The notes under the pieces are model-generated. The model was not told the DNA's origin. It saw only the letters and a program-made list of their open reading frames with translations, and did no database searches. Below, piece after piece: positions 27,022 through 36,131 of a stretch of DNA of 52,197 bases. Made by a program: the position numbers and the translations under genes. Source of the DNA: a virus (Duplodnaviria > Caudoviricetes); the IMG/VR virus record IMGVR_UViG_3300032322_000313, positions 1-52,197 of that record; one strand, given 5' to 3'. The first letter of the stretch is position 1, and the number at the start of each line of letters is the position of its first letter.

Positions 27022-29111
27022 TACTCATCCTCTTCGATAATGCGAGCGATGTTGCCATGCTCGTCCCGTTCGATTCTACGAACCTTAGCCTTACCCGGCT
27101 CAGGCATGACAACGTTAACGACAGGCTGAGATTGTCTCATCGCCTCCGCAACCGCATCAGCAATCGACTTCGCTAGAGAGGGCTCCTGCGAAAGTTCGAT
27201 ACCGTCGCGTGCAGCCTCCTCAGGCAGATCGGCAAGCACTCGGTCAGAGAAACCGCCGATGCTGTAACCGCGCAGTTCACCGTTAAGGATTTGCCGCCAC
27301 GGACCCTCATCCCAAATAACGCCAAGGAATACGGTGCCCTTCGGGTAAGTGATCTTTCCAATCGACTCCCCCTTGCCGTTAAGCATATCCACGGTCCACG
27401 GCTGCGGCATCGTCATAACCTCGACCCACTCGCCTGCACGAACCGTGCGATCGTGCTGCAAGTAGATAGTGCGGTCGCCAGACTGCACCCACTTCCACAC
27501 CGCCTGCTGCAACTCTTCGCTATCAGTCCATTCGCCATGCGCGTCCATAAAATCAGGCACGTACAGGGGTCCGAGTGTGAAACGGCTCGCAGCCTGCTTA
27601 CGAAGGAAACGGTCGTCACGCGAGAGCGCCTTCGTCGTTTCCTTAACCTGCTCCTCGGGAATGATCCAGAGTTTGCACGCGCCCTCAGGCTCAACGGCTT
27701 GCGTCAGGATCTCGCAACCGCCACCGCCCTCAAAGAACACACAGTTAGCGCACTTGATACCAGACTCAGCGAACAGGTTATCTGCTGCGGGAATGTAGTG
27801 CGCGCCGGACCCGCTGATGCCGCCATCCCACGGCCCAAACATTTCAGCGATCCACTCGTACTTCTCGTACATCATCTTTTGGCGCGGCGTCAACACAACG
27901 TCAGGGTCATACTGCTTCTCGTCCGTGATACGACCCATGATGCCTTCGACCCAGGACACGGCAGGGTCGCCACCCCATGCATCCCAAGCCACACGCCCCG
28001 GTGACGGAAACCCATCCTCGCCAGCGTTAAAGCCCTCAGCCTGCGAATCGTTACGGTGCCGAGCAAGATACGAGTTTATGCGACGGATCGTGGTTTCGCT
28101 AACGGCATCGCCACGCGCCAACTGTGCGGCACGCGCACGCCCAACATCTGTGAAACCAGACCCAGCATGACCTTCAGCGATCCAGTCAAGGGCACGCTGC
28201 GCCGCCTCCTGCACACCCTTCGGCGGCACAAAGGTCTCTTCCTTCAGTACCTCAGGGATCTCGGCGTCAGCCTCATGGACGGTCCGCCATGCAGCAAGGA
28301 TCTTGCGGCGCACCGCAGGAAGGTCCGCAGCCGGAATCTCCACACGATTCCCCCGGAACCCACCCGGTCCCAGCGCAGCAAGCGCACGACCCACCTGAGC
28401 AGCGGTTACCTTCTCTTCCAGCGAGTCCCATAGTCTCAACTTCCAAGTAGACGGGCGCTCAGGGTCTGGAACATAGGCAAAGGCTTCGGCAGGAAAGTCC
28501 TCGTCATCCTCACGCTTCGTCGCCTGCTTCGAAAGAGGCTCGATCGAAGTGAGCGTAGACATCTTGTGACCGACAAGAGTTTCCGTTCCTTTCCACCCAT
28601 CAGCGAATTCACGCCAAATACGAATAAGCACCGCTGGATCATCCGGCTCAGCGTTAATCTCGAAACTGCTGCCAGGGATACCCAGCACACCCTCACGCAT
28701 GATGTGTTCGATCTGACCTCGCGCGCGACCACCTGACGAGTTCCACGAAACGAACGAGCCTTCGCGCAACGCTGCACGGAAGATGTGGATTTGGCGCAGC
28801 CGTTCCTCAGCCTGCTCCACCGACGGGTAACAACCAAACGAACGCGACCCGTCCTCGGAATACACGCAGTATTCACCGGACTCTTCACGGATTACCTTGC
28901 TGACCGCTTCGATAGGCAACTTGTGGATCTGTCCAGCCTGCGCGACAATAACGTAACCATCTCCGAGGATTGCAGCCTCACGGTCGGGGTATGGGAGTCC
29001 GCGCAACTCTGCGAGGCGGTATGCGGCTAGGACACCTGAGGCGTCGTCGCGTTCCGCGACCATGCGTAGTTGGTCATCGGTCAACGCGTTAATGCGGTCA
29101 AGGAGATCCAT
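27021..29111 (-). CDS. multidomain prohead protease (XkdF-like C-terminus)
   Basis: LGPLYVPDFMDAHGE...YLQH...GYSIGG. Upstream DUF2945-like (VSWNSSGGRARGQI) and CANCVFF...C...CKLW modules. Confidence 0.8.
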   Translation of the reverse strand: MDLLDRINALTDDQLRMVAERDDASGVLAAYRLAELRGLPYPDREAAILGDGYVIVAQAGQIHKLPIEAVSKVIREESGEYCVYSEDGSRSFGCYPSVEQAEERLRQIHIFRAALREGSFVSWNSSGGRARGQIEHIMREGVLGIPGSSFEINAEPDDPAVLIRIWREFADGWKGTETLVGHKMSTLTSIEPLSKQATKREDDEDFPAEAFAYVPDPERPSTWKLRLWDSLEEKVTAAQVGRALAALGPGGFRGNRVEIPAADLPAVRRKILAAWRTVHEADAEIPEVLKEETFVPPKGVQEAAQRALDWIAEGHAGSGFTDVGRARAAQLARGDAVSETTIRRINSYLARHRNDSQAEGFNAGEDGFPSPGRVAWDAWGGDPAVSWVEGIMGRITDEKQYDPDVVLTPRQKMMYEKYEWIAEMFGPWDGGISGSGAHYIPAADNLFAESGIKCANCVFFEGGGGCEILTQAVEPEGACKLWIIPEEQVKETTKALSRDDRFLRKQAASRFTLGPLYVPDFMDAHGEWTDSEELQQAVWKWVQSGDRTIYLQHDRTVRAGEWVEVMTMPQPWTVDMLNGKGESIGKITYPKGTVFLGVIWDEGPWRQILNGELRGYSIGGFSDRVLADLPEEAARDGIELSQEPSLAKSIADAVAEAMRQSQPVVNVVMPEPGKAKVRRIERDEHGNIARIIEEDE

Positions 29112-29197
29112 AACACACCATTCTAGTTGTTAAGTCATACTGCGGAGAAGTTCAAGAGCCTCCTCCGGTGGGATAACCTTCCCCTTTAGTTCGTCCT

Positions 29198-30835
29198 TCA
29201 TCCGATCAGCAAGAGACGCACTAGCCACCGACCCGCCTCCGTCCGTGTTGGCTTATCAAGAACGATAAAGGACGCGCCCTTATCCAGAAGTATCTCGTAC
29301 TCGCGTGTTCCCGAATATGTTACCGCGTCAACGTTTAGTGCCCTGCTGTATTTGGGCACCAGAATCTCAAAGTCAACATCGCCACTAATGCCGCCGAGCC
29401 TGATCTGGTCAAGCGACTGCATCGTTGTCGCCATGTAGCCGTCTGACTGGAATACCGCTCCCGGCTCAGCCTCGATGAGTTCACGAATGGACTGGTATTG
29501 GCTGCTCGTGGTGCGCTGCACAACAATGTCATCGTAACGGTTCGGTGACATATTGAACGCTTCATCCATCTTGTCCACAAACTCTGAAACGGTCATGCGT
29601 GACTGCCGCAGTTCGTCGGACATACTGCCGTCACCCGACAAAGCACGGTTAATGGTTCGGTAGTCATCTGAGCCCCACGCCATGGCAGCGTCAAGCGGGT
29701 CGCGCATATCTTGATCTACGAGGTCTTCCCAATCACGCACCTGTGCTTGGTAATCGTCGATGTACGCCTGCTTGCCGGTCTTTGCCTGAGCGAAGCGAGT
29801 CTGCACATCTTCCGGCGTGAAGTTACGAGTGCCTAGCGAATCTCGTAGCGATTGCGGGAACGGATCCTGCGTAACGGGTGCTGGTTGCGGTGACAGCAGC
29901 CGCTCCAACTCTGCGTCCAACTCAGCGTCAGTCATCTGCTGGATATCCTTTGGAATCTCATCCACAAGCAGAACATCGCAACGACAGTTCGGGTGCGCTG
30001 GCGGCTCACCGATAGCGAACTGCTCCTTGATTCCAATGCGTGTGCCGTTAAACGGTGCACAAATTTCGCAGGCGTCAGCCTCAGCGATCCATTCCTTCTT
30101 CGCGGTAGGGCTGATCCATCCCCCTGCGAGCCCTTGATTCCATGCTTGCTGCCTGCCCTCGCTATTGGCGCGCATGATCTCTGTACGTGCAATCGTCGTC
30201 GCGCGGTAACGGTGAATCTGCTTCTGATACCTGTCTGTTGCGGATTGCGCCCTACGGGTAGCGTCGGTCATCGACATACCGCCGCTAATGTTCGCTGCTA
30301 GCGTGCGGTTGTAGAAGTTATCCACCCACCCAGCCTGCGTGGTCGTCAACCCGATACCGTTACGGATCTGTCGTGCAACCTCGGTCGGTGACAAACCAGA
30401 CGCTTGCGCTTGCGAAACGATATCCCGCACCATCGTCCGCTGCCCATCCATAACCTCAACGATCAGCGACCCAGCCTGACTCTGCGCCCATGCAGCAGAC
30501 TCCGGGCGCGAGCGGTCGAACGAGAACGCTAACGTAGCCTTCTGAATCGCAGGCAACTTAACCCGCGACCCGGCATCAAGCAGTTCACCGTACAACTCCT
30601 GCTGCAACCCGACCTGCGCATCCAACCAAGGATCAACCGGGATCATGTTAATAACGTGATTCACGCTGCGGTGCGCCACCGCGTCAGCAAGCCGCATCAT
30701 CGTGCGGTCAACGTCATTACGCAACTGCTGCATCGCCGCATCCATTAAACGGATAACGCGACGCTCGCTTGCGGTCAACTCACCTTGTGGCTTCAACGCA
30801 GGCGATTGTCTACGCGCCGCCTTAAACCGCAGCAT
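29198..30835 (-). CDS. MuF-like minor head protein with C-terminal ADP-ribosyltransferase domain
   Basis: RATTIARTE...CEIC...PPAHPNCRC, then YRTINRAL, VVQRTT, GYMATT, REYEILL. Confidence 0.8.
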   Translation of the reverse strand: MLRFKAARRQSPALKPQGELTASERRVIRLMDAAMQQLRNDVDRTMMRLADAVAHRSVNHVINMIPVDPWLDAQVGLQQELYGELLDAGSRVKLPAIQKATLAFSFDRSRPESAAWAQSQAGSLIVEVMDGQRTMVRDIVSQAQASGLSPTEVARQIRNGIGLTTTQAGWVDNFYNRTLAANISGGMSMTDATRRAQSATDRYQKQIHRYRATTIARTEIMRANSEGRQQAWNQGLAGGWISPTAKKEWIAEADACEICAPFNGTRIGIKEQFAIGEPPAHPNCRCDVLLVDEIPKDIQQMTDAELDAELERLLSPQPAPVTQDPFPQSLRDSLGTRNFTPEDVQTRFAQAKTGKQAYIDDYQAQVRDWEDLVDQDMRDPLDAAMAWGSDDYRTINRALSGDGSMSDELRQSRMTVSEFVDKMDEAFNMSPNRYDDIVVQRTTSSQYQSIRELIEAEPGAVFQSDGYMATTMQSLDQIRLGGISGDVDFEILVPKYSRALNVDAVTYSGTREYEILLDKGASFIVLDKPTRTEAGRWLVRLLLIG

Positions 30836-32109
30836 CAGACCAGCGGTTCACTATCCGGCAGGTCACCCAGCGAACGCAGATGATCCTCCAACGCCGGGTC
30901 AGGCATGATCGCGCCAACGCCAACCAACTTGGAAACATAATCCGCGACCTGCCCAAGTTCCACGCTGGACACCTGACCGTAGGTGAGTTCCGGCATCTTG
31001 TCGGTCCGCATCGCGTTTAGTTTCAGCAGGCGCGGGATCGCGTACTGGTTAACAACCTCCGCGATTGTCTTTGCGATCGAATCAACCGCCAGCGTCCACA
31101 AATCCACCTTAGCGGTACCCAGCGCAAACGAACCAACACGATCCGAGCCGAGCAGTAGGAAGTCTGAGAGCAGGGACATAGCGATCCGCTGGTCGTAACG
31201 TTGGATCACTGCACCCGTATCGAACTGGCGCGCACCACTAGCCGACAGCAACGTCAAATCAAACACTCGATTGCCCTGGTCGTCGTATGCGGCAGGGAAC
31301 ACGATGCCTTCCTGCTCGTTCCGCTTAACGTTCTGCACAATCTCGGTAACGGTTTGCAGTACGGCTTTCTGTGCAGGGTTAGCGGTGTTCATCAGGTACT
31401 CAGGCGGCACGTACGCCATCGGCAAGCCAGCGAGGTCACGTTCGATACCTACGGCTTCGATCTCTTCGATGCGGCGCTTGTAGAACCAAGGACGGTATGC
31501 GTTACGCAGGAGTGAGTAGCCCTCAGGGTTGTTGCGGTTCGTTGTGGTGCGGAACAGCAGAGCCTTCTCAATCGGGATCCTGTGCAGACCGCCACCGCTG
31601 GGATCCATCTGGATCATGCCCTGGATGCCGCCGCGCTCATCAAGCATCCACTCCTGAAGAGTCTCTTGTGCGCGCACGGGCCACTTACGCCAACCAATAC
31701 GGTGATCCTTGAAACGCGAGTTAGTCTTAGCATCATTCGTCATGCCACCACGGATCTTGTACACGATCTCGTGAAACGACCAACCGTAAACGAGCATTGA
31801 CAGAATGTTCTGCAACGTGGCATCCCACGAATCGGACATATCATCCAGGCATTCCTGCACGAATGTCGCGGTGCGCTCGTCGTCGCCCTCCACCTTCCAT
31901 TCAAGGCGGGTAATAACCTTGTCGATCGCGTACAGCATCGCGCCGATAACGGGATCGTTGTCCCGCATCTCGCGGTAAACCTTGAATCCCTTAACGCCCT
32001 GAAGGTTCGGCAGAAACTCTTCGTTAATAATGCCACCGGAGCGGCGAAGTCCTGAGGACCCTAGTTCAATGAACTCGTCCCGACCCGAACCTGACTCATC
32101 GTTTGGCAT
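30835..32109 (-). CDS. portal protein
   Basis: VYREMRDNDP, LSMLVYGWSFHE, NPEGYSLLRNAY, ERDLAG, GSFALG. Confidence 0.88.
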   Translation of the reverse strand: MPNDESGSGRDEFIELGSSGLRRSGGIINEEFLPNLQGVKGFKVYREMRDNDPVIGAMLYAIDKVITRLEWKVEGDDERTATFVQECLDDMSDSWDATLQNILSMLVYGWSFHEIVYKIRGGMTNDAKTNSRFKDHRIGWRKWPVRAQETLQEWMLDERGGIQGMIQMDPSGGGLHRIPIEKALLFRTTTNRNNPEGYSLLRNAYRPWFYKRRIEEIEAVGIERDLAGLPMAYVPPEYLMNTANPAQKAVLQTVTEIVQNVKRNEQEGIVFPAAYDDQGNRVFDLTLLSASGARQFDTGAVIQRYDQRIAMSLLSDFLLLGSDRVGSFALGTAKVDLWTLAVDSIAKTIAEVVNQYAIPRLLKLNAMRTDKMPELTYGQVSSVELGQVADYVSKLVGVGAIMPDPALEDHLRSLGDLPDSEPLV

Positions 32110-32242
32110 CTACGTTCATCCTCTGCGCCGTAAGAAAGATCGCCTGCGCCTCCGTGAAACCCGCCTCACGAAACGCCAAGAATAACTCGTGCAGAGACAC
32201 GGCAAATGTTCCCAGGGGCGTCAACGCGTGCTGCTGCTTCAT
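32096..32242 (-). CDS. small hypothetical protein (LHELFLAFREAGFTEAQA)
   Basis: Read manually, TAAACT 6 nt before the ATG. Confidence 0.6.
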   Translation of the reverse strand: MKQQHALTPLGTFAVSLHELFLAFREAGFTEAQAIFLTAQRMNVDAKR

Positions 32243-32246
32243 CACG

Positions 32247-32501
32247 TTAGTTTACCGCGTCCCAAAGGGTATCTTGTGCAGCATCCACAACCCTGCCGTT
32301 ACGCCACAAGCGCCCCGCGACAACGCCGTCATACAAGGATCGGCGCGGCTTAACGAACGTGTCACATTCGGTGACGACTGTGCATCTGCGGCAATAGTCC
32401 AGCGCGTAGTGGACAAGTGGCCCATCGACAACATCGAACAACCCCGGGTCAGCGTTACGGCACGCGGCGTTCTCTGCGAGCAAGCCAATCCAGGCTTTCA
32501 T
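32247..32501 (-). CDS. whiB: WhiB-family transcription factor
   Basis: AACRNADPGLF...YCRRCTVVTEC...GVVAG (four Cys plus G[V/I]xGG-like turn). Confidence 0.8.
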   Translation of the reverse strand: MKAWIGLLAENAACRNADPGLFDVVDGPLVHYALDYCRRCTVVTECDTFVKPRRSLYDGVVAGRLWRNGRVVDAAQDTLWDAVN

Positions 32502-33259
32502 CGGTGCCGCACCCTTTCAGCCTGAGCCTGCGCGAATGTTCTTCCACCGAGACGCTTCTTGAAGTGCTTGATGTTGTTCTGTGGGATTCCGACCCGTGTG
32601 GTGGGAAGAAGAACGGCCAGTAGGTCGGACCTGTGTTGCGACATATACCCAGCGGCGTTAATCGCCTCCTCGTCTGGGAATACGTCAGCGTGGCGGTCTA
32701 CGTCTGGGTCGATCAAGTGATCTTGCTTGCCGCCCATACTGAAGATCACAAGGAAGTTATCCGGTAAATCAACCGACTTAAGTAGCGTTACTTCTTTGGT
32801 ATATGCGTAGAACAAGATGTGCGGGTGCAGGTTCGCGATCCCCACCCAGCCCAACATGTAGTCGCGTGAGAAGAAATCACCGGAATCGTGGATGCGTACC
32901 GCTTGACCGCCCTCACGGATCCATGTTTGCACACGCGGCGACAAATGCGTTACGTCATCAAGGCCCGGTATCACTCTTGGTATCCCGGTGGGCAGAAACT
33001 TGCGTGACGTTAACTCTTCCGCGATTGCTGCGGTCCACAACGGGTCATCACGCACCAACTCTAGGTTCGATAGGTGCTTACCGCGAACCTTCGGGAACAA
33101 GTAGGTCCCATTCCTTGCGTAACAGAACTTCGCGCACGCCCCAGCGTTCGGGCAAACATTGAAATGACTACCGTCCGGTAACTCAACAACCCACGCGGGA
33201 AGCGTGAAATTCCAAACCCCGTCCGCTTTCATCTCGCGGTTCTGCGTGAGATACGCCAT
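32498..33259 (-). CDS. GP88-family (radical-SAM-like) protein
   Basis: CPNAGACAKFCYA, VRIHDSGDFFS, FYAYTK. Confidence 0.75.
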   Translation of the reverse strand: MAYLTQNREMKADGVWNFTLPAWVVELPDGSHFNVCPNAGACAKFCYARNGTYLFPKVRGKHLSNLELVRDDPLWTAAIAEELTSRKFLPTGIPRVIPGLDDVTHLSPRVQTWIREGGQAVRIHDSGDFFSRDYMLGWVGIANLHPHILFYAYTKEVTLLKSVDLPDNFLVIFSMGGKQDHLIDPDVDRHADVFPDEEAINAAGYMSQHRSDLLAVLLPTTRVGIPQNNIKHFKKRLGGRTFAQAQAERVRHR

Positions 33260-33278
33260 GACCGCATACTGTCACGGG

Positions 33279-33446
33279 CTACACAGCCTTCAGGTGCGAC
33301 ACGCTGGCATTGACACGCAACTGCTGCTCAACAAGCATATGAATAAGTGCGCGTTCGATCACCAGCGAAACATCCATTAACTCTTCATCGGTCATTTCAC
33401 CGACACGGTTGATCTGCTTATCAAGGAATTTGGAGAGATCCTTCAC
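33279..33446 (-). CDS. hypothetical protein
   Basis: MKDLSKFLDKQ..., GTGA overlap (read manually). Confidence 0.5.
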   Translation of the reverse strand: MKDLSKFLDKQINRVGEMTDEELMDVSLVIERALIHMLVEQQLRVNASVSHLKAV

Positions 33447-33691
33447 AGATCCTCATCCTCATCCTCGTACGCGTACTCCATCTCGTTCGGTGCCGCATCC
33501 AACATGCCGTTAATCTTCCAGTACGGCATACCCGCCGCAGCGAACGCGGTGATATCCGGTGTGCCCTCAGTCGTCATGAACTCCGCGACAACAATCCACC
33601 CCGTAACCAACGCGGCATTCTCGTAATCAGCGTGCAAATACTGAGTGATCGCAGCGTTCACCGCATCCTCAGGAGAAACCTCGTCAGCCAT
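33443..33691 (-). CDS. hypothetical protein
   Basis: MADEVSPED...LVTGWIVVAE...PYWKINGML. Confidence 0.65.
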   Translation of the reverse strand: MADEVSPEDAVNAAITQYLHADYENAALVTGWIVVAEFMTTEGTPDITAFAAAGMPYWKINGMLDAAPNEMEYAYEDEDEDL

Positions 33692-33727
33692 TCCACACCG
33701 CCCTTCCCGCAACACCAAGGATATCCG

Positions 33728-33838
33728 TTACTGGGGTTCGCCTTCGCAGCACGACTCCTTATGACCACAGTTAACGCAACGCCAGCGTGTACGGACAGGA
33801 TCGAATCTGTGACCGCATGAACCGCACTCGATTCCCAC
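33728..33838 (-). CDS. small zinc-finger protein
   Basis: MGIECGSCGH...WRCVNCGHKESCCEG (read manually), AAAGGA RBS. Confidence 0.55.
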   Translation of the reverse strand: MGIECGSCGHRFDPVRTRWRCVNCGHKESCCEGEPQ

Positions 33839-33881
33839 AGTAACGTTCCTTTATTAGTGTCTAACTTGTTGACTTAGCGTT

Positions 33882-33932
33882 ACGGTGGTAGGGAGGGGTA
33901 ACGAGAGGGGGATCGCTGCCCCTCCCCACCGT
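33882..33932 (-). promoter_or_regulatory. long intergenic hairpin with C-rich loop
   Basis: Minus strand acggtggggaggggcagcga(tccccctc)tcgttacccctccctaccaccgt. Confidence 0.55.
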
Positions 33933-33943
33933 GTAGGGAGCGC

Positions 33944-34198
33944 TCAACCTACATTTCGCTGGCGGGAACATTCACCGCGACGATGCCTGCGCACGGTGCT
34001 GATGGATGCGTCCTTGCCAAACTCTTGTAACGCTTTGACGATCATGGTTCCTGTGACGCGCGGGTTAGCGAAGGCCGCGGTGAGTGCCTTGGCGTCCTCT
34101 GCGTCCAGTTCTGCCATGAGATCGCAGATCCCGCAGGATGGTCCCCCGTAACGCGGCTGCTGATTCGCTAACGCTTCGGCGAGACTAGGCTTCGGCAT
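33944..34198 (-). CDS. small Zn/HTH-like protein
   Basis: CGIC...STVRRHRRGECS. Confidence 0.7.
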   Translation of the reverse strand: MPKPSLAEALANQQPRYGGPSCGICDLMAELDAEDAKALTAAFANPRVTGTMIVKALQEFGKDASISTVRRHRRGECSRQRNVG

Positions 34199-34955
34199 TG
34201 GCGCGACCGAACAGCCTACGAAGGATTCTCCCGGCTCCGGGACGCTTACCCATGGCTGCCTCGGTATCCACGGTCTTAGGGTCCTCAGATGCCGCGAGAG
34301 CCGCCATGATGCGCTTCACACGCTGGCGCTCGTCCGCGAGATCCAGTCCGTCGATATCATTCTTGCGACCATATGTTACGAACTTGCCGTTACCGTCGAT
34401 CAGTCCATTGGTCCAATCGAGGTGCCGAAGGAGTCCAGGCTTCGGGTTAATCCCATACTTCAGCATGATCGCTGCGGTTCCCCTGCGCAGACTGTTCAAC
34501 TGCGCCTGCTTCTTTGCGCCAGTCCAACGCTCGCCGTACGTATGATCAGTTTCGATACCGAGTGCGACCGCGTTCATGCCATCGACAGGAACACCCCAAG
34601 TGTTACCGCGCCGCTTCGGGTCGTTGCCTCCGGTGCCTGCATGGTTCGACAAGCCAGCCGCGATCAGATGCCAGGTGCCGGATGCGTGCTTGCCGTTGCA
34701 GCCTGAGCAGACCCAGATAGCGCCAGCCGGGGCGATCTCCATGTATTTCATCCACTCTAACGCTCCCGGCGAGTCGCCGCTTGGGGAGGCGTCGTGATGC
34801 CAGAGGATGAAATCAAAGGCACGGTATCCCTGCCCATTGAAGCCCACAGTCTTCCAAGTCTTGCCGTTGTATGGGCCGCGCGTGTATTTCTCTTGGATAA
34901 CAGGGACGCCTGCTTTACGCAGAACCTTGTCCAGATCTTTCAGCCAAACACTCAC
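34185..34955 (-). CDS. endolysin, N-acetylmuramoyl-L-alanine amidase
   Basis: WHHDAS, SNHAG, LGIE, RH..W...RKND, next to holin. Confidence 0.85.
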   Translation of the reverse strand: MSVWLKDLDKVLRKAGVPVIQEKYTRGPYNGKTWKTVGFNGQGYRAFDFILWHHDASPSGDSPGALEWMKYMEIAPAGAIWVCSGCNGKHASGTWHLIAAGLSNHAGTGGNDPKRRGNTWGVPVDGMNAVALGIETDHTYGERWTGAKKQAQLNSLRRGTAAIMLKYGINPKPGLLRHLDWTNGLIDGNGKFVTYGRKNDIDGLDLADERQRVKRIMAALAASEDPKTVDTEAAMGKRPGAGRILRRLFGRANAEA

Positions 34956-35251
34956 TTGTTCTCCCTCAGTAGGCTGTTCACAATCGTCTCAACCGTGTCC
35001 AGTTTCCCCTTCATGAGTCTCTGCTCACTTTCGACACGAGTGATCTTGTCGCTCAGGCTAGCCCCGCCGTTCGGGAACAACTGGTGTTCGACACGCTGCA
35101 AGCGGTCACTAATGGTTCGTCCCTCTTTGTCAACGCCGAGTGTGTCGTCGATGCGTCGCGCGATCTTGTACACGCGGTACGTGAAGATAGCGATAGCGGT
35201 AACGGCAGCGACCAACGCTGCGATGCTTACTGCCTGCTCCTGCAAGTTCAC
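34952..35251 (-). CDS. membrane protein of the lysis cassette
   Basis: N-terminal TM helix, PNGGASLSD motif. Confidence 0.7.
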   Translation of the reverse strand: MNLQEQAVSIAALVAAVTAIAIFTYRVYKIARRIDDTLGVDKEGRTISDRLQRVEHQLFPNGGASLSDKITRVESEQRLMKGKLDTVETIVNSLLRENK

Positions 35252-35286
35252 GCGCGCCCCTAACGGTATTCAGTTATTGGTAAGTG

Positions 35287-35514
35287 TTACTCGGGCTTGA
35301 CAAGGCTGGCGGTTGATGACTTGCGGATCTCTGCCGTAGCGATAGACGACGCGTACGACAGCAGCACCGCGCCGAGGCCAATACCGAGGACGGTTATCCA
35401 GTCAACGGCGAAAGCGTTAAGCGCCCCAGCGACACCGAGCGCGAGGATTACCTGCGCGAATGTCTTGATGGCTCGCTCGGTTGCATCCATCCAGAACTCT
35501 TTCGTCCAGATCAT
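35287..35514 (-). CDS. holin (r1t-like)
   Basis: WTKEFWMDATERAIKTFAQ, two TM segments. Confidence 0.85.
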   Translation of the reverse strand: MIWTKEFWMDATERAIKTFAQVILALGVAGALNAFAVDWITVLGIGLGAVLLSYASSIATAEIRKSSTASLVKPE

Positions 35515-35801
35515 GACCCCTCCTGGTATCCGTTTGGTTCCAGTGAATAATCCTCGCTGGTGTTAGTCGTATTGTAGAAGAGTTGCTGGTCTGAGCGCAG
35601 GCGAACATCTTCATAGGCAGCCCCACCTATGTATGCCGCAACAACGGCACCAATCAAACCAAAGCCGCTTAACGCGAGTGTTTGCGCAAGACTCGTATCA
35701 TCCCAACGGACCGCAACATAGATAACGATTGCGGCTCCGAAGAGCATGGACCCAAATACAGCGCGGCGACGCAACTTCCAAGAGGGTTTCGCGTTAGCCA
35801 A
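35511..35801 (-). CDS. two-TM membrane protein
   Basis: TTG start with GGAG RBS, PSWKLRRRAVF...AYIGGAAYED. Confidence 0.7.
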   Translation of the reverse strand: MANAKPSWKLRRRAVFGSMLFGAAIVIYVAVRWDDTSLAQTLALSGFGLIGAVVAAYIGGAAYEDVRLRSDQQLFYNTTNTSEDYSLEPNGYQEGS

Positions 35802-35858
35802 TGAAACTCCTGAATGTCGCACCACGGAACAAGTCTTTAGTCCTCTAGGATACCGGAT

Positions 35859-36131
35859 ATGGAAGGAGCGAAACGTAAGAAGATGGAGCGAATCGAAGAG
35901 GGGACAAGCGATATCGCTGATCGCTTTCCATTCCGACACTCATTGGATACAGGTGATCGCGGCGCACTTGTTCTGTGGGCGCAAAGCAAACTTGCCGAAC
36001 GTGGGTATTACACGGGACCGCTTGATGGTCGCTACGACCTAGAAGTTTCCAAAGCGGTAAGAGGATTCCAAGCGAACGAGGGGCTTAACGTGACTGGTGT
36101 TATTGACCGCAAGACTTGGAACGCGCTGTGA
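35859..36131 (+). CDS. stand-alone peptidoglycan-binding domain protein
   Basis: GDRGALV...QSKL..RGYY.GPLDG.Y...AVRGFQ...GLNVTGVIDRKTW.AL. Confidence 0.85.
   Translation: MEGAKRKKMERIEEGTSDIADRFPFRHSLDTGDRGALVLWAQSKLAERGYYTGPLDGRYDLEVSKAVRGFQANEGLNVTGVIDRKTWNAL

Noticed and set aside
28733-28765. CTGACGAG-ttcca-CGAAAC as a hammerhead
   Set aside because: Antisense to the protease gene, with no stem III/NUH site or stem I.
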